A DNA stretch of 39,969 bases from IMG/VR virus record IMGVR_UViG_3300003375_000057, positions 1 through 39,969 of that record; one strand, given 5' to 3'. Shown here in pieces: positions 19,901 through 27,257 of this stretch. Position numbers and translations under genes: made by a program. Source of the DNA: a virus (Duplodnaviria > Caudoviricetes). The notes below the pieces were generated by a model. It saw only the letters and a program-made list of their open reading frames with translations, did not search any database and had not been told where the DNA came from. Position 1 is the stretch's first letter. Each line of letters opens with the position of its first letter.

Positions 19901-22900
19901 AAATTAAAAAAAGCATTTTTATATAATAAATCGACTGGCGAATTATTAACCTATTTAGATATAATTGATCCTATCCAAGGAAAGATTGCAGGAACAGCAG
20001 ACGAAGAAATTAAATATAAATCTTTTTATGATCCAGCAACTTATTCTTACAGTTTAATTAATACTGTTAATACTGATAATGGAACATTTTGGTCTACTCT
20101 TCAAGTAGGGCAATTATGGTGGGATTTAAGGACAGCTAAATTTTATGATCCTTATTTTGCAGATGCAGCTTACAGAAATAACATGTGGAATATGCTTGCA
20201 CCAGGAGCAAGCATTGATATTTATGAATGGGTCGCTAGTACACTTTTACCTTCCGCATGGGATGCGTTAGCTGATACAATTCCAGGACTTGCACAAGGAA
20301 TTAGTGGTACAACATTATATGGTAATAGTGCCTACAGCATTAGACAACGGTACGACACCACAGCTAAAGTGTTTAAAAATACTTATTACTATTGGGTAAA
20401 AAATAAAACTCTGACTCCTAATCTAGAAGGAAGACATATTCCAGCGCAGACGGTGTCAAATTTAATAGCCAGCCCTCGTAATCAGGGTTATACTTATTTG
20501 GTATTAACAAGCACTAATTCTTTTAGTTTAGCAAATGTAGCAACTTATTTAAAATCTTCTGACGTTGTTTTATCTGTTGAATATTGGAAAATAGATAATA
20601 TAGAACAAAATATTCATACTCAGTGGAAATTAATTAGTAATGATGCCATTGTTGATTTACCTCGTGAAATAGAACAAAAATGGATCGATAGCTTATGCGG
20701 AGTAGATGCGCTTGGTCGATCAGTTCCTGACACATCTTTGCCGCCTAAATTACGTTACGGTATTGAAAACCGTCCACGACAAGGTATGTTTATTAATCGT
20801 GTAGAAGCGTTAAAAGAGTTTGTTGAAAAAGCAAATAGAGATTTGTTAGCAAATCAGATAGTAGATAATTATGATATCAGTAGTTTAGAATCATATGATA
20901 AAGAGCCAACAACCATATCTGCGTTGTATGATACAGTGTTAGATACTGACACCGAATTACCTTATGCAAATATAAATCTATTTCAAACTCCTAAAGTGAG
21001 TCCTGTAATAACCAATGGCCGATTAACAAAAATTAAAATATTAAGTATTGGTAGAGGGTATCTAATTGCTCCTTATATTGAAATTATAGGTACAGGTAAA
21101 GGAGCATCAGCTCGAGCAATAATAAATTCTTCAGGAAGTATTATCGATGCGACTATTTTAACGGCAGGTGAAGGCTATGATCCCAACACAACAACTTGTG
21201 TTGTAAGAAGTTATTCTGTTTTAGTACATAATGACAGTCAGGCAAATGGTAATTGGAGTATATATTCATATGATCCTGTTAATGTCATATGGTCCAGAAC
21301 TTTAACTCAATCTTATGATGTTAGAAACTATTGGAGTTATGTTGATTGGTATGCTCCAGGGTATAATCAATTCAGCGCAGCTGATTTTTTAATACAAACA
21401 TTTTTTAATTTGAATTCTTTACAAGTTAATATTGGCCAATTGGTAAAAATATTTAAAGTAAATGCCGGAGGATGGATTTTAATAGAAAAATTTGCTGATA
21501 GTAGCAGTTCTGATTGGACACAAAGTTATTCAGTGGTCGGTATTCAAAATGGTACAATTCAATTAAATCGTAATTTATATCAAACAGATTTTACTGCTGT
21601 TGGTTATGATGCTAGTACTTTTGATAATGGTGCTTTTGATGTTAAAGCTAGTACTGAGTTACGGATTATTTTAAACGCATTGAAAAATAATATTTTTATT
21701 GGAGTCGATCTTAAACAAAGTTATTTAGATTTATTTTTGAGCAGTATAAGATATGCACATAGTGAACAATTATATTTAGATTGGGTTTTTAAGACTAGTT
21801 TTGTAAGGGCAACTCATAATGTAGGATCTTTAAACCAACCTGTATACTATCCTATAGATAATTTAAGTAATTTTCAAGATTACATTGCTGAAGTCAAACC
21901 TTACAGGACAAAAATAAGAGAGTATATAAGTCAATATACCAGTGTTGACCCAACATATACAAGTGTTACAGATTTTGATTTACCTCCAATAATTCAAAAT
22001 AATTCATCATCGATTATAAACACCGCCTTAGTTAACGGATCTATAACAGCAGATCAATCAGAAATACAAACTTATCCTTGGAAGTTTTGGTTAGACAATA
22101 CAGGATATAAGATAACTGAGATAGTAATTGCTGATGGAGGCTCTGGTTATATTAATACACCGCAGGTGATCATTGGTTCGCCCACAGGGCCTAATCCGAT
22201 ACAGGCTACCGCCAACGCTTTCTTTACCAATGGTATAATAACTCGCATTATTATAACTAATTTTGGAAGCGGATATCTGGTTGCACCAACAGTATATTTG
22301 TCAGGCGGATTATCATCTTCGGGAAAAGTTGCAACATTGGTTGCTATTATAGGCGATGGGGTTATTAGATCTAATTCATTGGAATTAAAATTTGATAGAA
22401 TTTCACCAACAAATTATATTATAGATACATCGGTAACTGAAACATTTACTGGATCGGGATCAAGATTGCAATTTCCGTTATCCTGGGCTCCTGATATTAA
22501 AGTAGGAAATTCTACTGTATACATTGATAATATTCTAGTACTACGAGAAAACTATACTTTTGCTGTGGCTAAATCGACTACTTCGGGATACACTCAGTAT
22601 TCGGGAACAATAACTTTTACAACAGCGCCAGTTGCTAATTCAAACATTGTGGTAAATTATAATAAAGATATTTCTATTTTAAATGCTACTGATAGGATTG
22701 AATTTTATTATAATCCTGTTAATGGTATGATAGGGAAACAATTTAATCAATTAATGTCGGGAGTAGATTACGGAGGAAATGTTGTAGGCAATTTAGGATT
22801 TACTCCGGGCGGTGGGTGGAATGTTTTACCTTATATGACAGATACATGGAGCTCGTTTGATGAAACATATACTGATTATATAGTTCAAGTCCATGCCGGT

Positions 22901-25900
22901 AACCATAGTTTTACATTGCCTTATTCTCCAGTGCCAGGAACTGAGATTAACATTTATTATGTTTCTAATTACAATATTTCTTACGAATCAGATGGGTCTA
23001 CATTAAGTTGGCCTGCAAGTATTTACGTTAATCAATATACAGTAACTGTGTCAACAACACTGTCTTCTGCTAGTTCATCGACAGTTTCTACAACTTTATT
23101 AGATTATTCTACAGTGGTTCAAGCTGCTATTACGGCAACGGGCGGTGTTACAGGACAATCTTCAATAATATTTGCTGATATTACTAATGTAGTAATTGGT
23201 CAATTTGTATCAGGAGTTGGCGTTCCTACAAATACCACAGTAATAAGTTTATTAGATACAACGGTTGTGTTGTCAAATAATCTTACTGCTAATCCTTTAG
23301 GCACATATTCTTTTTATGTTCTAGGAACTACTTTAACTGTGACAACTAATGTAGGAATTAATATCGGAACAGGGTTAGTAGGCACTGGTTTTTCCACGCA
23401 ATCTGTAACCGGAGTGTCAACTTCGACTATTGGAAGTACGGTAAATTATCTAGTGTATATAAACAAGGCTCCTGATAGTATACCTACAATAAATGAAACA
23501 ATAGAATTTATCACAAATGCTGCTGGATCGTCAAATCTTACTGTATCAAATACTGCAAATTTAAAAACAGGAGATATTGTTACATGCAATAGTTTTTCTG
23601 CATTCAGCTACAATACGACTGTAATTAGTATAATAAATTCTACAACTGTTAGTTTAAGCAGAATTTTGTACAAAACTATTCCAAATTCAACAAGTATCAC
23701 ATTTACTAGAACTTTGTCAAATCCAGTTGAAGTACAGACTTTTAATAATGGTATTATTCTGCTAGCTAATCCTGTATTGGCTGGAAGTAACATTAATATT
23801 AGTGGAAAATTCGATCCTGTTAGAATAGATGCTGGAGATTTTGATCTTATTACAGAAATTTCTCCAACAAATTCAAATGCTGTAATGTTGACTCCTATAA
23901 TAGGAACTACTACATCTCCAGTTGTAACAACGACTACAGCTGCCGACGGCACTACAAAATATACGATTAATATTCCAAATTCATTTACTGTGAATAGCAA
24001 TGATGAATTTATATTGAGACAAAGTACTAGTGATGGAACATTAACCCCAACAAACTATGATACAGACATTGATGGAGGTAATCTTGTTTATACTACGGCA
24101 CAAGGCATATCAGCTGATGATATTGTATTAGACGGTGATGGATTTGTAACAGAAACTAGTAGTCCAGCATTAGAAGAAGTTGTTCCAGGACAAGTGATTG
24201 ATGCGTTAGCTATTAAAGTTTATGATAAACCTAATGCTGGTTCTGCTAATATTCGTGTAGATAATTACATCACGGACGGAGTAAATAATTCATTTAAATT
24301 GATTACAACACCTAGTAGTTCAGGATCAATCATTGTAAAATTAGGATCGTCTTTTAAAACTATCAATGTAGATTTTAATATTGATTATACAAATAATTTA
24401 TTACAACTTTCTACAACTCCTTCTCAAAATCAAATTTTAAGTATATTTGTGATTGGATTTTCTGGATCTAATATTTTAGATGTTGATTATTTTATTGGAG
24501 ATAACATAACTAATGAATTTATTACGAAGGCGCCTTGGTTAGACAGTTTTACACCTCTAGTATATGTAAATGGTATAGTGGCAAATCCAGTATTTTTCAA
24601 AACAGATAATACTTATTCAGCAGATAATGTTATTGGTATAAGATTTCCTACCCCATTATCATCAGGTACCTTAATAAATTATATTATTGTATCTGGTGCT
24701 GAACAGACATTTTCAATAACTAATTCAGAAATTGTGGCAACAAATGGAGGATTAAGCTATACTTTACAAAATCCAATTGGAGTAACATTACCTAATGAAT
24801 CAAATATGATCGTTAGAGCTAATCAACAAATCCTACATGCACCAGTTAATATCTATTATACAATTGAGAATAATAATTTAGTCTATACAATTGATAACGA
24901 TAGAGTCGAACCTTATACTATCTCGGCAAATGATGTTGTAGTAATAGTTGATAGCAATGTACTAGTAGAAGGAACAGACTATAGTTTAGATCTTAGTGGA
25001 ATAACAATCACTATTACAAAAATTGCGTATGACAATTACATTGGTAAATTGTTAATTATAAGTATCAAAACAAATGCAGAATATTTCTATAATCCAACTA
25101 CAAAACAGATAACATTTACTAATTCTTATTCAAACACCGATGTTGTTGAAGTAACAAGTTCTTATAGACAAGACACCTTAGACATTCAAAGAACTGAAAT
25201 AACAGTAACTACATCAACTAATTTAGTTCAAGGATCGGTTGAATACTACTATTATAACTCTATTAAAGGTGGAAGAGTAACATTAGATAGAACTGTAATA
25301 AATGAAAATTATATTTGGGTAATAAAAAATTCCACATTATTAGTTCCGGGTGTAGATTATATTTTACTTACTGATCGCATGAGCATACAGTTAACTGTAA
25401 TTCCTTCATTAAATGATAAAATTACATTGATAACATTTGGCGATAATGTGCTTAGATCTGGTATTGCCTATATGCAATTTAAAGATATTTTTAATAAAAC
25501 AACTTATACTCGATTAAGTTTAGATAAACAAACTACGCTGGCAGCTGATTTACACTGGAACGATACTACAATAACATTAACAAACGGATCTAATTTTCAA
25601 ACGCCAGGGGTTAAACCGGGTGTAATAGAAATTAGAGGAGAAAGAATAGAATATTTTGTTAAAACCGGAAATATCTTGAGCAGATTACGCAGAGGTACAA
25701 TGGGAACTGGAATAACAGATGTGAATTATGCAGGAACATTTGTTCAAGACATTGGTTCAAGCGAAACTATTCCTTATTCAGATAATATACAAACTACTAC
25801 ATTAGTATCCAATGGTTCCGATATTGTTAATTTAAACTTTATTCCTGTTGTAGGCTCAATTGCAGATCCTACAGGAATCTTATCATGGTTTAGTGATTTT

Positions 25901-26587
25901 GGATTCTCTTATAAAGGTGCTTATGAAATTTCTTCTACTTACAGCGTAGATGATGTTGTAGTTTATAATGACCATTATTATTCTTGTCAAATTGCTATTT
26001 TAAGTATATCTAATAGATCTCAATTAACAGATTATAGTCCTAACAATAGTGTATATTGGAAGTTGTATCCTACTTCAATTCCTGTAGGGTACGGACAGTC
26101 GGATCAGATAGAAGTTTTTGTAGGTGGTTATAATGATGTTGCTATCTGGCAAAAAAACACCAGTTATACTGTTGGAATTATTGTAAATGTTGGCAGTTAT
26201 ACCTACAGATGTATTACTGATCATACCAGTAGTGATACATTTTTGGATGATGCAACTAACTGGTCATTTTTTATAGGAAACATTAGATTACAAAAAAGAC
26301 CTTACAGCGTGTTTAATGTAAATAAAGCACCTTACAGTCCGGCAGGAGATGTACGATTTGACGCAGATTTTGCCGTTGACGGCGTTGGTAAACAAATTAG
26401 ATTAACTAATTTGTTAGATATAGGAACACAGGTTACTGTAATCAAACGTACAGGAACCGCATGGGATGGTAAAAATCCAGGCGGTAATCTAAATATATTA
26501 AACGATGATAGTAAAGTTGCATCATTTATTAAAGCTACTACTGGTATATGGTATTCAACTTACAAAAAATCATCTGGAACGGATTAA
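10979..26587 (+). CDS. Giant (5202 aa) multidomain virion structural protein in the gp7-like baseplate position; CBM5/12-like motifs, FG-GAP-like propeller and small beta-rich repeats
   Basis: Uninterrupted 15.6 kb ORF coupled to the gp6-like gene by a TAATG overlap. N-terminal LLP.FY....NKKFL; DWDKFVNFQNYYW; YI.EVKPYRTKIRE; GxGY repeats. Confidence 0.8.
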   Translation: MANSNNTSLSASLLPNFYQTLANKKFLQSTIDQLFQPGTLTKISGYIGRENAKASTGADVYINAADKVRQNYQLEPGITITDSIGNITFYKDYIDYVNQIGVFGGNTSNHSRLNAEEFYSWDPHIDWDKFVNFQNYYWLPYGPDAITVYGNQQLVDSVYSVKLQSDGSNNQYNITPDGFTPNPILKLYRGQTYTFNITSPGNPFSIMSNRTTGILSRYITTGIDSYGVTSGTMTFTVPLNAPSVLYYQSESDINLGGVIEIFNITNDTVINVETDILGKQSVTLPNGIKLSNGMKLQFGGTVIPTSYATGQYYVEGVGNAIKLINSKILEIISPYTTEQSVQFDELPWDSEPFDDAAGYAGSPDYITINRSSRDHNSWSRYNRWFHKDVINTSATYNNDVVSLDQTTRATRPIIEFNADLKLFNLGTTAIVDVDLIDTYTNDAFSIIEGSAGYNVDGIDLAPGMLIIFTADLDPLVQNNIYRVEYVDVKHLSSGSNQLHLVKVSTPLINQVTLVKQGVDNQSKMFWYDGTSWIEGQQKTGINQAPLFDVVDSNGISFGDKTNYTGSTFFGTKLFSYAIGSGVSDLVLGFPLTYQNVNNIGDIVFNFNLNTDTFSYKKSAIVESQTIDVGFLSSLDYAGNTVYLNGWQTSEIEKSQAAVRIYKNSGLANNFPIDIFDSISNLSDLIVKIYVNGVRLNSNLWQLITKPDYYQVKLNNDITTTDVLTIRAFSAQPINANGYYEIPLNLQNNPLNDTISNFTLGEVTDHVTSIVDNLSTFSGSFPGDGNLRDLGNIAPFGSKFVQHSGPLSLGIYHITSETNNVIKAIEQSRTDYNSFKQNFINIANSLGTDSDTVNTVNAILSKINANKPNVAPYYLSDMVPYGACTITNLAVVDYRIKNYPLTNAFTLDVLSNQAVGIYHNGIQLIYGQDYTFNSQGFVVISDSVSLTNGDTISTYEYESTDGCFVPATPSKLGMWPAFTPKIYLDTTLVNPVNVIQGHDGSIIAAYNDYRDNLILELEKRIFNNIKVKYNTDIFDIAKIIPSYNRTNNYSRDEFNQVLAPNFYSWTGLVGKDLTTPLIYDRSNSFTFNYSKSAAPDNTSLPAYWRGIYRYILDTDRPNLCPWEMLGFNQQPSWWSKVYGPAPYTSDNLIMWQDITDGMIREPGVPAVYTSEYAKPFLMHHIPVDESGNLISPLDSGLAGGTYQPNVDNNFVFGDGSPVETAWTRSSYYPFSVIATSLILAPGQTFGVLLDRSRITRNIAGQLVYSATGLRIRPKDILLPSTFSSASRVQTAGLVNYIVDLIFNYIFSNNVSGYNSYSNDLSAMNIQLAYRVGSFTNQSQFNLLLESKTPSSTGNVFVPTDNYKVFLNKSSSVQKLVYSGVIVTKLSGGTFEVKGYSRTQPYFKYYQYIGKGNSTTIGGISENYTVYTPGQTYVVGSIIQSEGQYYRAKVTTSESPFNPTLFAKLPALPILGGVSVYLRTKWDRSATLIAPYGSVFTSVQSVVDFLEGYGEYLKDQGFEFDNYNTNYAAVANWDTSVNEFLFWTTQNWSTGQDKWSDWTPTQSYNYGTIVRYNGDYYSALYNIAIADEFDSEKWKLLPGLSNIGASVISLSPSASGVNFVTNLTVVDDVSNPFNPYEIFKVDGTPFEIQNLDSYRQGNTVAYIPKISNGIYGASFYLVQNEHVIVLSNTTIFNDIIYNPTSGYRRERLKVSGYITTNWYGGLDIPGFLYDAAKVNIWQPWQDYNVGDIVKYGSSYYQADPISGNLIPGALIFDKTQWSELASKPNDQILTNWTNIATQFTDFYSTEVDNFNSSQQALAQHLIGYQKRQYLNNIIQDDVSEFKFYQGMIREKGTQNVLNKLFNVLSSDNAESLTFYEEWAVRVGQYGATTAFDNIEFILNQDLFKVNPQSTVLVNKKDSSISPFIIQQTPNDIYVAPLGYNSNPFLPVSTTNQFLRSAGYVDSNDITLSVKTLDWLSSQPATNITIGITYVILTIGSTDFTQAGAASNTQGLSFTATSIPTGTGTVAVDITKLREGSYIWSAFDNYTGWNVYRFTDIKIRFKSISISNGVLTITTQDPVTFNPGFYIGLSQFSYINGFYQVQSVNLNSFTVNTSLLSLAIQPINLIIYGLISQRINSLDSISNVLSFNLKNGDYIWTDDSGNGTPASWIYNSVYKQSVQNNPLKTDYLLYGKVIATGSKYNIAATGMSTGQIITYDKVGSSVDWIQRQLIPVPFIAKSSANAVNTISTVLAISPDGTWLAAGSPGVGYASTNYVGVYSPLTAYLINQVVYYENNFYSAILNVPTAAYPDINSAYWIQIPYLSVTQTGTNIAASGVITLYQKDANNTYNLVDTILSPSVGISAAVTELFGSSLAFDSNNNLYIGAIGYNSSQGKIYSLSYTSSTPVTTYYDSVGSSGTVLNVSSTAGIVSGMTVAGTGFTKNQPVASVLTKVTFQTATNTPNYIVNSQGLPVSLLSITPGLVVNGTNVLANTYIYSVGVNPIIINITSVVPSSPSVGYVTLNFDKIPNLPILPQDTITVTNVSEAGYNGNYTVVSVSNTHITYANTTTTSATDNTGTIQSNINYALIASAKDAVSTISTIFLNVEITGVNYASPGEGLVTLTFAELPSTPFASGSTITVSGISVSGYNGTYEVVAGTTTSVTYYNSTIIASATSGTITNPLLQFNVRSVASAGTIILSGTPDSTPNGLLMFSTTNWRYSSLITNPSLSPNSYFGKQLVVSYDGNTLLTSSNNNPTLLTNSVYVYKNEGSGLTVNSIIPVANSSFENSITVSDSGTFIAISSFSISNLGLVSQQVTNISQVVIYQYNDLNSEYTSYQTITEPIVNSNFGDKLSFMNDSNTLVIYSQTGTTSIQTTIDLDQTTFDERSTLFTSTDINGGRIDIYDNYNTQWVFSETLNNIEQTQDGYGMGMAVGPNNIFVGSPYYSGSSSLTGQLYTYTKSPNLLSWTIYRTQVSQVDIKKLKKAFLYNKSTGELLTYLDIIDPIQGKIAGTADEEIKYKSFYDPATYSYSLINTVNTDNGTFWSTLQVGQLWWDLRTAKFYDPYFADAAYRNNMWNMLAPGASIDIYEWVASTLLPSAWDALADTIPGLAQGISGTTLYGNSAYSIRQRYDTTAKVFKNTYYYWVKNKTLTPNLEGRHIPAQTVSNLIASPRNQGYTYLVLTSTNSFSLANVATYLKSSDVVLSVEYWKIDNIEQNIHTQWKLISNDAIVDLPREIEQKWIDSLCGVDALGRSVPDTSLPPKLRYGIENRPRQGMFINRVEALKEFVEKANRDLLANQIVDNYDISSLESYDKEPTTISALYDTVLDTDTELPYANINLFQTPKVSPVITNGRLTKIKILSIGRGYLIAPYIEIIGTGKGASARAIINSSGSIIDATILTAGEGYDPNTTTCVVRSYSVLVHNDSQANGNWSIYSYDPVNVIWSRTLTQSYDVRNYWSYVDWYAPGYNQFSAADFLIQTFFNLNSLQVNIGQLVKIFKVNAGGWILIEKFADSSSSDWTQSYSVVGIQNGTIQLNRNLYQTDFTAVGYDASTFDNGAFDVKASTELRIILNALKNNIFIGVDLKQSYLDLFLSSIRYAHSEQLYLDWVFKTSFVRATHNVGSLNQPVYYPIDNLSNFQDYIAEVKPYRTKIREYISQYTSVDPTYTSVTDFDLPPIIQNNSSSIINTALVNGSITADQSEIQTYPWKFWLDNTGYKITEIVIADGGSGYINTPQVIIGSPTGPNPIQATANAFFTNGIITRIIITNFGSGYLVAPTVYLSGGLSSSGKVATLVAIIGDGVIRSNSLELKFDRISPTNYIIDTSVTETFTGSGSRLQFPLSWAPDIKVGNSTVYIDNILVLRENYTFAVAKSTTSGYTQYSGTITFTTAPVANSNIVVNYNKDISILNATDRIEFYYNPVNGMIGKQFNQLMSGVDYGGNVVGNLGFTPGGGWNVLPYMTDTWSSFDETYTDYIVQVHAGNHSFTLPYSPVPGTEINIYYVSNYNISYESDGSTLSWPASIYVNQYTVTVSTTLSSASSSTVSTTLLDYSTVVQAAITATGGVTGQSSIIFADITNVVIGQFVSGVGVPTNTTVISLLDTTVVLSNNLTANPLGTYSFYVLGTTLTVTTNVGINIGTGLVGTGFSTQSVTGVSTSTIGSTVNYLVYINKAPDSIPTINETIEFITNAAGSSNLTVSNTANLKTGDIVTCNSFSAFSYNTTVISIINSTTVSLSRILYKTIPNSTSITFTRTLSNPVEVQTFNNGIILLANPVLAGSNINISGKFDPVRIDAGDFDLITEISPTNSNAVMLTPIIGTTTSPVVTTTTAADGTTKYTINIPNSFTVNSNDEFILRQSTSDGTLTPTNYDTDIDGGNLVYTTAQGISADDIVLDGDGFVTETSSPALEEVVPGQVIDALAIKVYDKPNAGSANIRVDNYITDGVNNSFKLITTPSSSGSIIVKLGSSFKTINVDFNIDYTNNLLQLSTTPSQNQILSIFVIGFSGSNILDVDYFIGDNITNEFITKAPWLDSFTPLVYVNGIVANPVFFKTDNTYSADNVIGIRFPTPLSSGTLINYIIVSGAEQTFSITNSEIVATNGGLSYTLQNPIGVTLPNESNMIVRANQQILHAPVNIYYTIENNNLVYTIDNDRVEPYTISANDVVVIVDSNVLVEGTDYSLDLSGITITITKIAYDNYIGKLLIISIKTNAEYFYNPTTKQITFTNSYSNTDVVEVTSSYRQDTLDIQRTEITVTTSTNLVQGSVEYYYYNSIKGGRVTLDRTVINENYIWVIKNSTLLVPGVDYILLTDRMSIQLTVIPSLNDKITLITFGDNVLRSGIAYMQFKDIFNKTTYTRLSLDKQTTLAADLHWNDTTITLTNGSNFQTPGVKPGVIEIRGERIEYFVKTGNILSRLRRGTMGTGITDVNYAGTFVQDIGSSETIPYSDNIQTTTLVSNGSDIVNLNFIPVVGSIADPTGILSWFSDFGFSYKGAYEISSTYSVDDVVVYNDHYYSCQIAILSISNRSQLTDYSPNNSVYWKLYPTSIPVGYGQSDQIEVFVGGYNDVAIWQKNTSYTVGIIVNVGSYTYRCITDHTSSDTFLDDATNWSFFIGNIRLQKRPYSVFNVNKAPYSPAGDVRFDADFAVDGVGKQIRLTNLLDIGTQVTVIKRTGTAWDGKNPGGNLNILNDDSKVASFIKATTGIWYSTYKKSSGTD

Positions 26588-26615
26588 ACTAGTACATTTT
26601 ATACATTGATAAATA
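26586..26615 (+). promoter_or_regulatory. Late promoter (GATAAATA) with upstream AAACTA element
   Basis: AAACTA 26586-26591 and GATAAATA 26608-26615, before the ATG at 26636. Confidence 0.7.
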
Positions 26616-26635
26616 TTAGATAAAGAGAGTTAATT

Positions 26636-27247
26636 ATGCAGACCACAGATCAAACAGGAATTCATATAGAAGGGCATATTAAAATATATGACCCTGTTTC
26701 ACAGGAAATTTATATCAACAAACGCAATGCAATTCACTACGAAAATATCAGTATTGCTTTGGCGCAGTCCTTATCTAATAACACCACTGGAGGATTTATC
26801 TATCAGATGGCTTTTGGAAATGGCGGAACAGCTATTGATCCCACTGGTATTATCACATATCTAACTCCAAACAGCACAGGTAGTAATGCAAGTCTATATA
26901 ATCAAACTTACGCTAAAGTTGTAGACGGTGCAAGCAGTACAAATACTGATCCTACTAGAAATTTTACAGAAACTAGGCATACTACAGGTACAAATTATAG
27001 TGATGTATTTGTTACTTGTTTACTAGATTACGGCGAGCCAGGTGGCCAAACAGCATTTGATACAACATCTAGCACAAATAGCACATTTACTTTTGATGAA
27101 TTAGGTTTAAAAAGTTATAGTACAACTGGAGAAAGTTTGTTGTTAACACATGTTATATTCCATCCTGTTTTAAAAAGTTTGAATAGACTAATACAAATAG
27201 ATTATACTGTTCGAATTCAAAGTTTGACTGGCCTAGTGTCGGTATAA
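26636..27247 (+). CDS. Baseplate/virion structural protein (203 aa)
   Basis: GHIKIYD, NAIH, MAFGNGG, FDELGL and LLTHVIFHPV.KS.NR.IQIDYTVRI resemble phage baseplate/fibre-attachment proteins; preceded by a late promoter. Confidence 0.65.
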   Translation: MQTTDQTGIHIEGHIKIYDPVSQEIYINKRNAIHYENISIALAQSLSNNTTGGFIYQMAFGNGGTAIDPTGIITYLTPNSTGSNASLYNQTYAKVVDGASSTNTDPTRNFTETRHTTGTNYSDVFVTCLLDYGEPGGQTAFDTTSSTNSTFTFDELGLKSYSTTGESLLLTHVIFHPVLKSLNRLIQIDYTVRIQSLTGLVSV

Positions 27248-27257
27248 GGAGTAGCAA

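Noticed and set aside
10979-26587. Intein or intron explaining the giant ORF
   Set aside because: No LAGLIDADG/HNH or intein splice-junction motifs were recognised; the length is explained by structural modules.
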